DNA of 64,000 bases from Neocallimastix sp. 'constans'. Lineage: Eukaryota. Position numbers and translations under genes: made by a program. Positions 29,801 to 41,500 of this stretch are shown here, piece by piece. The notes beneath the pieces were generated by a model, which was not told where the DNA came from, did not search any database, and saw only the letters and a program-made list of their open reading frames with translations. Location of the stretch: positions 372,001 through 436,000 of the forward strand of contig JBODTK010000100.1 of the NCBI GenBank assembly GCA_050613775.1, read 5' to 3'. Every line of letters starts with the position of its first letter. The first letter of the stretch is position 1.

Positions 29801-31790
29801 ATAAATCAATAAGTTTATCATGAATAATAAAAAAACTAGACAGTTATATTATATTTTTATTTAATAATAAAATTAAATATGCAGCGACTGTCTAAAAATA
29901 AATTCTATATTTCGTAATTTTATATCAATTATAATTGCGGTAATTGTCTTTCAACAAGATAAAAAAAGATTATATAAATATTTTTATTAAATTATATCTT
30001 ATGAAATATTTAATAAAAATACTTATAAATTTAATTTCATCATTCACAATAAATCAATAATTTTATCATGAATAATAAAAAAACTAGACAGTTATATTAT
30101 ATTTTTATTTAATAATAAAATTAAATATGCAGCAACTGTCTAAAAATAAATTCTGTGTGTTTAAAATTACATATCAGTTATAATTGCTGTAATTGTCTTT
30201 TAACAAGACAAAAAAAGAACATATATAAATATTATTATTAAATTATTTCTTATGAAATATTTAATAAAAGTACTTATAAATTTAATTTTATTATTCACAA
30301 TAAATCAATAATTTTATAATGAATAATTAAAAAACTAGACAGTTATATTAGATTTTTTATTTAATAATAAAATTAAATATGCAGCAACTGCCTAAAAATA
30401 AATCATTTTTTTCATAATTTCAAATCAATAATAATTGCTGTAATTGTCCTTCAACAAGACAAAAAAAGAACATATATAAATATTATTATTAAATTATTTC
30501 TTATGAAATATTTAATAAAAATACTTATAAATTTAATTTTATTATTCACAATAAATCAATAATTTTATCATGAATAATAAAAAAACTAGACAATTATATT
30601 TTATATTTTTAATTTAATAATAAAATTAAATATGCAGCAACTGTCTAAAAATAAATCTTGTATATTTTATAATTTCATATCAAAAATAATTGCTGTAATT
30701 GTCTTTTAACAAGACAAAAAAAACATATATAAATATTATTATTAAATTATTTCTTATGAAATATTTAATAAAAATACTTATAAATTTAATTTTATTATTC
30801 ACAATAAATCAATAGTTTTATTGTGCATAATAAAAAAACTAGACAGTAATATTTTATTTTTTTTATTTAATAATAATATTAAATATGCAAGCAACTGTCT
30901 AAAAATAAATCATGTATTTAGTAATTTCATTTAAATAATACTTGCTGTAATTGTCTTTTAACAAGACAAAAAAAAAAAGAATTTATATAAATATTATTAT
31001 TAAATTATTTCTTATGAAATATTTAATAAAAATACTTATAAATTTGATTTTATTATTCATAATAAATCAAAAAGTTTATCATGAATAATAAAAAAAACTA
31101 GACCGTTATATTTTATATTTTTTATTTAATAATAAAATTGAATATGCAGCAACTGCCTAAAAATAAGTCATCTGTATAGTAAATTCATATCAATAATAAT
31201 TGCTGTAATTGTCTTTTAACAAGACAAAAAAAGAACATATATAAATATTATTATTAAATTATTTCTTATGAAATATTTAATAAAAATACTTATAAATTTA
31301 ATTTTATTATTCACAATAAATCAATAATTTTATCATGAATAATAAAAAAAACTAGACCGTTATATTTTATATTTTTTATTTAATAATAAAATTGAATATG
31401 CAGCAACTGCCTAAAAAATAAATCATCTGTTTCGTAATTTTAAATCAATAATATTTGCTGTAATTGTCTTTCAACAAGACAAAAAAAAGAATATATATAA
31501 ATATTATTATTAAATTATTTCTTATGAAATATTTAATAAAAATACTTAAAAATTTAATTTTATTATTCACAATAAATCAATAAGATTATCATGAATAATA
31601 AAAAAACTAGACAGTTATATTAGATTTTTTATTTAATAATAAAAATAAATATGCAGCAACTGCCTAAAAATAAATCATTTGTTTCGTAATTTTATATCAA
31701 CAATAATTGCTGTAATTGTCTTTCGACAAGACAAAGAAAAATTTTATAAATATTTCAATTAAACAATTTCATATGAAATATTTAATATGA
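14880..31790. repeat. Tandem satellite, ~250-255-bp unit, ~67 copies, AT-rich, with internal inverted repeats and local higher-order repeats
   Basis: Landmarks ATATGCAGCAACTGTCTAAAAATAAATC, TTGCTGTAATTGTCTTT(C/T)AACAAGAC, TTTCTTATGAAAT and AAACTAGACAGTT recur head-to-tail every ~253 bp. Confidence 0.98.
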
Positions 31791-33002
31791 CAACAAATGA
31801 AAAGACTTAGTTTCCCTTGATAGTAATGAATAAAATTACAATAAGCCTTTTTGCTTTATAAAATAAAATAAAATAAAATAAAATAAAATAAAATTATAAT
31901 ATTAATATAAATACAAAAATTTTATATTAAAATAACAACAAAAAGTTAATTACTTATAATTATTTAGCCATTAATATTGTACAGATAAGAATAGAGAATT
32001 TTGTAGGAGCCTGGAATTCAAATATAATTACTTAACATCTTATTTTGTTTAATAATATTTAATATAAATTGTGATATATATTTATTACTCTTCTTTTAAA
32101 AAAAAAAAAAAAGAAACTGTTTGTCAAAATTATAAAATAATTAATTTTTATTATCTAGATTTTTTTCTTTTTTCTTCTTTCTTTCTTTCTTTCTTTTTTT
32201 TTTTTTTTTTTTTTTTTTTTTCTTTATTTTTGTTAAATCAAAATATATCTAAATATTTTGAATAACTTTGAATTGATGAAATGAAAAAAAAAATTTTTTT
32301 GAAAATTACAGCTCTATTTATACTTTTCTTTTTTTTTTTTTTAATGTGGTTAAATGTCTTATTTATAATTAATTAATTATAAATAATTAATTATTTAACT
32401 GGATTTTCATTAAAAAAAATTTAAATAAAATAAATTTTTTTTTAATTATCAATAAATATATTTATTATATTAAAAAAAAAAATATTAAATATAAAATAAT
32501 AAATAATTTATTTTAATATATTATATAATATAATATAATATATTATTGTCATAATTTTTAATTAATTTTTTTCAATTTTTTAAAAATGGTTTAGTAAATA
32601 TTTTAGTTTAATTCGTCCAAATCGTATATTTAATATTTAAATCAAACCTTCCCATAGTCAGAGAGTAAAATATAAAAATAATTGTAACAACTATTTTAAT
32701 TGATAATATATAAATATATAATGTATTTATTATTCTTTTTCTTCCATATATATATAGAAACAAACATATAAAAAGAAACTAAATATAAAATTAATATTAA
32801 TAAAAGTTTAAGAATTATAAAATCCAATTATTATTTATTTATATAATATTATTTATTTATTCATTTATAAAATAATAATAACAAATTTATAAATAAATAA
32901 TTATATAAATAAATAAACCAATTTTATTAATAATCTATATTAATTAACAAATTAAATACTTTGAAAATAATTTTTATATTTAATAATCTACTGAAGTATT
33001 GG

Positions 33003-33036
<34 letters not shown>

Positions 33037-33324
33037 AATTAAAAAATCTAAAAAATCTATTTCATTTCACTTTTAATGAAAAATTGTTATAGATTCGAAA
33101 GAAATTAAATAAAAAAAAAAAAAAAAAAAAAAAGCAATTTTAAAAAAAAAATTTTTTTTTTTTTTTTTCTGTTGTTATTATTTAATATTTATTTAAAATA
33201 ATTTTTATTTTTTATTTTATTTTCTATTATAATTATATATATGTATTATTGATTTAATTTATTTTTTTTTATTATTATTATTTTTTCTTTCTTTCTTTCC
33301 TTTTCTATTTCTCTCATAAATTCT

Positions 33325-33660
33325 CTAATTCAAGAAATCTTCCTTTAAAAATATTTTCTCTAATAGGTCAGTCACACCATCTTCAACATTTGATTGTGTT
33401 ATTATCTTAGCATAAGATTTTAAATCTTCGTGAACATTTTCTATTGCTACTAGCCATCCTACATTTTCTTAAAGTTAATAATCCTTACCACCATCTCCAA
33501 ATGCTATCACTTCCTCTTTTGAAATATTTAATAGTTTAATTAATTGAGTTAATCTAGTTCCTTTATTGGTTTGATATGGCATAAATTCAGTAATGCTTGG
33601 AACATATTGTGCATATTCTAATTTATATTCCTTTCCTAATTTTTTTAATTTTTTCTAATA
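33325..33660 (-). pseudogene. C-terminal fragment of a Cof-type (HAD subclass IIB) hydrolase with in-frame stops
   Basis: Translates to ..EFMPYQTNKGTRLTQLIKLLNISKEEVIAFGDGGKDY*L*ENVGWLVAIENVHEDLKSYAKIITQSNVEDGVTDLLEKIF. This has HAD motif III (NKG), motif IV (AFGDG.xD) and the Cof tail SN.EDGV. There are two stops and no N-terminus. Confidence 0.8.
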
Positions 33661-33719
33661 ATTCTATTCATGATAAAAAAAATTTTTTTTTTTATTTGTA
33701 ACAAAATAATATTTTACTT

Positions 33720-34220
33720 TGAAATATAAGAACAACAAAAAATGAAGTTACTAAATATAGTAGTTTTGAATTACTTTATTATGATAGGAAAGATTTACAA
33801 CCTTTTTTGAATTAGTAATTAATATTGACAAAAAAAGTTTTTCTTTAAGAATCTGAAGGAGAAAAATTTGTTCAAAAAATTTATTAATCACCATAATTGA
33901 ATTTCAGAAGCTATCAAAAATATCGAAAACTGCCAATGAAATTATTGAAAGATAGGAGAAGACAAATTTAAAAAAAGAAAAAAAAAAAAAAAATTAAGAA
34001 GTAATTTTAAACCAGGAGATTAAATTATGGAGTGATAGAAGAAAACAAATAAAACGACCCAGAGATTTAGTTTTAATTAAAGAAAATTGGACCCCTATTA
34101 TATCGGACCATTGAAAATAGTTAAACAAAAATTTAATACAGGTACAGTATGTTACCCATATTCAGAATGAAATTACAGAAAGAAACATTCACCTTAAAAA
34201 CAAACTTCCATATATTAGTA
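33720..34220 (+). mobile_element. Decayed Ty3/gypsy integrase C-terminal fragment
   Basis: Broken frames give RTTKNEVTKYSSFELLY (cf. SPFELLYGR), FKPGD and KLDPYYIGPLKIVKQKFN (GPY/F module). Confidence 0.7.
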
Positions 34221-34262
34221 ATTTTCTAAATTATAATGAAAAAACGAAAAATAAAACATAAA

Positions 34263-34293
<31 letters not shown>

Positions 34294-35599
34294 AACAATA
34301 ATAATAATGTATAATAATAATAATAATAATAATAATATATTTAAAAAAAAATAATTAATTATTAATTAATTTAAATAAATAATAACAAAATCGAATAGCA
34401 CAGATAATTCCTAGATAAAGTACAATAAATACTTCGAACTAAATTAAACTAAACTAAACTAAACCAAATCAAACCAAAAAAAAAAAAAAAAAAAAAAAAA
34501 TCCACTACTGATTTTATTTATTAAAATTTAGAAAAAATTTTTTTATTTTTAATAATTTTATTTATATATATATATTTAAAATAGGATAAATATATATATA
34601 TATATAAATGATATTATAAATATAAATAATAATGAAAACTTTTTTATTTTTTTTATTTTATATTTTATTTTTTTTTTTTTTTTATATATATATTTATATA
34701 TAAGTCATAAGTATTGTTTTTAAAAGGATTACTAAAAAGATAAAAAAAATGATTTACTAATTTAAAAAAAAAAAAATAAAATAAAATAAAATAAATAAAA
34801 ATAATTTTTATATATACTACCTCTTTTTAGTTTTATTTTTTTTTTTCTTCGTTTGATATTTAATTATATATATATTTATTTAATATTCCTTAATTGCCCC
34901 TTTGAATATTTAATATTTATATATACAATTAAATAAATTTCAAAAAAAAAAAAAAAAACGTATATAAAAAATTATTATTTTATTTTATATTTTATTTTTC
35001 TTTCCATTTTTTTTTTTTTTTTTTTTTTTTTTTATCATTGTTTTTTGTTTCAATTTAAATAATTATTAATTATTTAAAAAAAAAATCTATATTTGTTTGG
35101 TTCTTATTTATATAATTTCTATTTAAATAATGAAAATAATGAATATGTATAATTATTATTTTATTTTAATTAAAAAAATGAATATGTTGAATTATTATTT
35201 TATTTTATTCTTAATGTCATGTTCTATATTGTGAATAAATGATAATTGAATGATTTTATATTAAAATTTCCCTTTTCTTTTTCTATTTTCGTTTTCTCTC
35301 CTTTTTTTTTTTTTTTTTTTTGTTTTTTTGTTTTTTTGTTTTTGTTTTTGTTATAATTATAAAAAAAAAATAAATTGTAATTAAATAATAGATAGTTTCT
35401 AAAAAATTTTGTACATATATTATATATACTATATATATATATTATTTCTATATATATAAAATGATTTAATTTAATATTTTTTGGTTATATATATATATAT
35501 ATATATATTTTTTGTCTTTAAATGATAAATAAATATATATATATTTTTATATATTTTTATATATTTATATATATTTATATATAATTCACCCCCTTTTTT

Positions 35600-38500
35600 C
35601 TAATCAAGATTTTCCATAATATTCTTTAAATATTTAGTGGTATCTTTCATCATGAACCAATGATCACCTCTCATCTTGATATGTTGAGTAAATTCACTAA
35701 ATTCATCACTAACTTCCTTCTTCCATAAGGAGGTGTTATTTTCATTAATAATCTTATCTTGTTTACCAGATAATACTAATAATTTGGAACGAATCTTCAT
35801 ATCATTTTCATTAGTGACAGAATCCATCATAGCATATTCATTATGAATAATTGGTAAGAGGTAAGCCTTTTCACCTTCGAAATCGACCTTACTTCCAATC
35901 ATTTCAAGGAAGAGACGAATACCCTCTGGTGGAAGTTTAGAAATAACCTCACCTGCTAATTGAATTGGACGTTCAGCAGTTGGAGCCACGACTCGAGAAA
36001 TAATTAAAGTAGAAATAATTGGAACATCCTTATCTTCATCTTCATAGATTTGAATTTGAAGAAGAGTCTTCCAAGCTAATAGTGCACCAAAACCGTTACC
36101 AACAAAGTGAATTGTATTGCATTGTTTGAATTTTTCAGAATCAGCGGCGGTTTGAAGGATAACCTTAGTGACATTCTTAACTAATAAATCCCAGTCGGTA
36201 ATGACAGCTTCCCCCTTTCTTTCACCATAACCTGGAAGGTTGATGGTGAAGAGAAGAGAATCCTCCATCTCCTCCACATAACTACTGTAATCAATTTCAC
36301 CTTCTTCAGCAGATGGGAAGAAGATGAAAACGTTTAATGGATCTTCAACATCTTCACAACCAGGAACTGCAGTAATCCATTGATCCACCTGATCATCACG
36401 AATAAGTTTAGCTTCTTCTTCCTTTGCCTTTTGTTCTTCCGCCTCCTTAGCCTTCTTTTCTTCTTCGGTTATGACATTAGCTTTCTCCTTATCCTCTTCT
36501 TCCTCATCCTTCGATAATTTACCCTTAACGTACTCGACAAGACGGAAGAGACAAATATTTTGGGTGGAGAAGACGACTAATGGAATATTGACGGTAGTAA
36601 CATTCTTTAGGATAGTACGGAATTCCATCATCATAAGGGAATCAATACCTAATTCGGTTAAGGATTGGTAAGGATCAATTTCATCATTTTCACCGTATTG
36701 AAGAATTCTCTTTAATTCGGTCTCCATAATCTCAAAGATATTATCTTTAGAAATTTCCTTTGGATCACTAGCTACTGCCGCATCTTCTGCAATATTTTCG
36801 GAACTATTTTGTCCTGAAGTAAGGACGGTCTTAACGTATTCGCTATCATTAGCGGTTCTCCAGTCAATTCTTGGACGATCAGCTGGACGAACAGCACGGA
36901 AGATTGGATCACAAATAGAGCTATCGTAGACCCTATTCCAATTAATGACGGGACCACCAAAGACAACTGCTGGAATATCAGCAACATGATTCAAAAGGTT
37001 AGATATAAGGTTTATACTGTTAATTTCGTTAAACATGAAGGTATCATCCTTAATGATAGAACTAAGACCAGATGGCCAGGCTGCTAATTCAAGAGACATA
37101 ATATCCTTGCGACCGTTGTGGGAACGGTAGAACTGACAAACCTTGTTAAGGAACATGTTAGCCGTACAGTAGTTAATTTGACCACGGTTACCGAAGAAGG
37201 CCGTCATGGAGGAGAAGAGAATGGTGAACTTTAAGTTCAAACCTTCCGTAAGCTTAGCAATGCAGAGAGCACCTTCAATCTTACTGTTAATTAACTTTGC
37301 GAAACGTTCATAGGATTGGTTGAAGATTAAACCATCATCGTTGGTACCAGCAGTATGGATAACACCAACAAGGGCTTCTTCTGGAGAGCCAGAGTTAATA
37401 TCATCAAAGACCTTCTTCATTTCTTGTTCAGAACCAACATTAGCGGTGACATAGGTAATCTTAATCTTTGGATTAAGGGCACGAATTTCGGCTAACCTAC
37501 CAGCAACCTTTTCATCGGTTTCTGGTCGACGTCCAGTAAGGACAAGACCCTTAAGGTTAGCTTGTTTAACGAGGTAGCGACAGATATCGAAACCAACACC
37601 ACCAGTACCACCAGTAATTAAGACGGTACCGGAGGAATCAAGTTCAACTTCATTAAAGTAGTCAATGGTTGGAACAACAACACGCTTAATCTTACCTTCG
37701 TAACGGAGACCTTCCTTGGTGTAGATGACTTCATGAGAAACGTTGTAACGATTAACGCTGGAAATAGCTTCCGTGTAAAGACGTGGGCATAATTCTTCTG
37801 GTTTAGTGGTATAGTCAATATCTAAATCAAAGGTACGAATGAACGGGAATTCCTTCCAGTAACTCTTGGAGATACCACTGATGATACCTTGTAAGACATC
37901 GACTTCACCCTTCCAGTAATCGGTACCATTCTTACTGATGAAACAGAAGCTCTTTTGACAATCGTATTCATCGATGACACGAGTAAAGCATTGAATAAAG
38001 GTTAAATTACTTTCATAGGTTGATCGTAAGAGTTCTGCAAAGGCATCACCTCCAATATCAATAGAGGAAGCGATTTGACGTTCCAAATCTAAGCCCATAA
38101 AGTTAACGACGACAAGAGTTTCATTTTCCATACCGGATTCCTTCATACCCAAGTCCTTAAGGTTTTGTTGGACGAGATCATCCGTACAGGTTTCCTTGGT
38201 TGGCATATCAATCTTAACGTAGTGGAAGTCCTTGACCTTACCGTTCATGTATTTAATGAAGGCATCAGCATAACCATGATGATCACCGATGAGGTAAAAG
38301 TATGGAGTAGTAAGGATTTCTTGTGGAACAGTTGAAACTTCCTTGAAATCAATGGAATAGATTTCATATTCTGGGTTTTCTTTCTTATCTTCAAACTTAA
38401 CTCTACGAGTTTGGAAGGCACTACAATGTTCACAAACATTACCATCTATATCGAAAACGGTGAAAGAGGTGAATTCAGAGTTTGGATCGGTTTCAGCGTT

Positions 38501-41500
38501 TTCCTTCAAATATCTATGGACGACATAGCATTCATCTGGAGTTTGTTTGAACTTCACCAAGTTTTCGAAGGAGGAAGGAAGGAACGGTTCATTTTCTTCC
38601 GGTTTATCTTGCGTTCTAAGACAATCCTTACCGGCGCTACAGTGAAGGGTAGCATCGAAAAGATAAACTTGGTTAAGACCAGAACGAGTATTGTTAATGG
38701 ATCGATCAACGGAATCAAGATGAGAGATAAGAACAAAGGTACCGTCATCATCATAACCGATACCAAAGTTCTTGACGGATGGGAACCCACCTTTGTAAAG
38801 ACTACTCCTTTTAATATTATCATAAATGAATTTACCTGGATGAACGTTATCTTCCGTTAAAACCTTCTTAATTAAAGCCTTAGTTTTTTCTGGGGTTGGT
38901 AAGGTTTCACGAATGTTTGGATTTTCACTATCACTTAAGAGGTTAGCCTGAGCATTTAACATATGGTTTTCCATACCACCATCAACCTTAGTGTAGAGAG
39001 CAAGACGTTCACCCCGCTTCTTTAAGATGAAATCAACTTCCGAATCTTCCTTAATATTTAATGGACCACGAGTTAATAATTCATCGACAACTTCAATTGG
39101 TTCCTCTGAACCGTTATTCATAGCTCTGGTGGCAGCAATGATGAATTCCGTGTAGGCAGCAGCTGGAACACAACCAACTCCCATGACAATATGGTTACTC
39201 CATAAGTACTTGACGTATTGTGGCGTCAGTGGAGCAGTGACGACGAGTTCATTCTTACCAGTATTAACGATGGTAAGAGACTTATAAAGATCCCAATGAG
39301 CAGCACTATTATTTTTGTTAATTGGCTTAAGACACTCTTCTTCAGTTTGTAACCAGTAACGCGATCTTTGGAATGGATAGAGTGGAAGATCATAGAGACC
39401 GAGAGGAAGGGTCTTACCAGAGACTGGGTCCACACGTTTGTGGAAGCTAGCCCAGTCGATGTTACCACCTAACATGTAGAACTTGCAAAGGGCATTGAAT
39501 AAGTACTGTTCACCATTTTGATCAGCAACACTACTAGCAATGAAGGTTGGACCGGTACCACGAAGGGACTCGGTTTCACGAACGAAACGGGCACTCATGT
39601 GACTTAAAGTAGCGGCTGGACCGACTTCAATAACAGCTAATAAATTCTTTTCAGATTCGATCATTGTCTTAACACCATCAACGAAACGAACAGCATTTCT
39701 AGCGTGTTTAGCCCAGTAATCTTCTTCAAGACGATCACCAACTGGCTTAATGGTACCATCAAGATTAGAGATGAACTTAACCTTTAAGGACTGTCTGAAC
39801 TTAGCATCATCCTTTTCTTCAATCCAGTTATTTAATTCTTCGATAGCTGGGTCCATTAATGGAGAATGGAAAGCATCGGTAACGTTTAACTTCTTCGTCT
39901 TAATGTTCATTTCACTAAAGTATTGGGTAATATCATCGACCTCCTCCTCATAACCAGAGATAACGGTATGAGTGACACCATTGATGGCCGCAATCGCAAC
40001 TTCTTCTTCGTAACCAAATTCTTCAATGGCTTCCTTGACAGTTTTTTCATTTTGGAAAATACTGACCATAGCTCCAGGCTTTTCACCATATTCACCCATA
40101 CATCTGGCTCTCTCAATAATGAAATCGATGGCTAAATCAATATCGATAGCACCAGTAACAGCAGCAGCCACAATTTCACCTAAGCTGTGACCATTGACGA
40201 TGACGGGTTCAACACCCCAAGACTTCCAAAGCATACACATGGCATATTCATAAGCGAATAAGGCAGGTTGAGCAATTTGAGCCTTCTTTAAGTGATGGGC
40301 TTGACTTTGATCATAGAGGGCATCAATGATAGAAACACCGGTAACCTTCTTAACAACAGCATCGCACTTTTCCATAGCTGCATGGAAAACTGGTTGACTT
40401 CTGAATAATTCTTGACCAACGCCTGGCTTGATACTACCTTGACCAGTGAAGGACATACCTACCTCTTCCTTAAAGGTACGAACGGCCTTCTTATTTTGGT
40501 TAACGAATTCAGTTAATTCAGCCGCTAATTCAGAAGCATTTCTACCGGCAACAGCATACCTGTAGTTAAAGTGTTGACGACCTACATTACTGGTGTAACA
40601 GAGATCAGCAATTGGAGCATTCTTATCAAGACTTTCTAAGAGAGTAATGTATTGTTCAGCTACTGCGGTTAAAGCGGTATTGTTCTTAGCACTGATGGTA
40701 AGTACATGGTAAGTATTGTTGACCGGATAAACTTCTTTAACTTCAGGGTCAACGTATTCTTCAACAACAGCATCACAGACACTACCAGAAAGACCGTAGG
40801 AAGAAACGAGGGCAATACGATTCTTACCGTCATGGGCTTTCCATTCTTCCTTTTGAGTTGGAATGTGTAATGGAACAGAATCGAAATCAATGGAGGAACT
40901 TGGTTTATGGAAGTGAAGGTGAGGTGGAATGGTCTTGTATTTCATGGCTAATAAGACCTTAACAAGAGAGGCTAAGCCACTAACTTCTTCAGTGTGACCA
41001 ATGTTAGTCTTAACGCTAGCTAATGTTAATGGACGACTTTCAGAGTGAGATCCCTTGAAAACTTCATTGATGGCTTCTCCTTCAATACGATCTCCTAATT
41101 TTGTACCAGTACCATGACCTTCCATATAGTCAATATCTTTTGGAGTAAGGTTGGCATTCTTTAAGACTTCTTCATGAATGATCTTTTGACCAATAGCAGA
41201 TGGTGTACTCATAGAAGCTCTTGAACCACTTTGACCGACAGCTGTAGCATTAATTAAACCATAAATTTTGTTGTGATCACGGATGGCATCATCTTTTCTC
41301 TTTAAGATAATGGAGACACAACCTTCACCAGGAACATATCCATCAGCGGCTTCATCGTAAGCAGCACATCTACAATTTCTTGAAACCATCTTAGCAATAG
41401 ACAAAAGACTGAAACCACTACTTTGAAATGGACAGTGAGCAGCATTAACGATAGCAAGATCAGTTTCACCGATGTTTAAATCCTTGAAAGCATCATGAGT

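Noticed and set aside
14880..31790. Satellite as a CRISPR-like repeat-spacer array
   Set aside because: The variable segments are point variants of one sequence that recur many times, not unique spacers. There are no cas genes and the context is eukaryotic.
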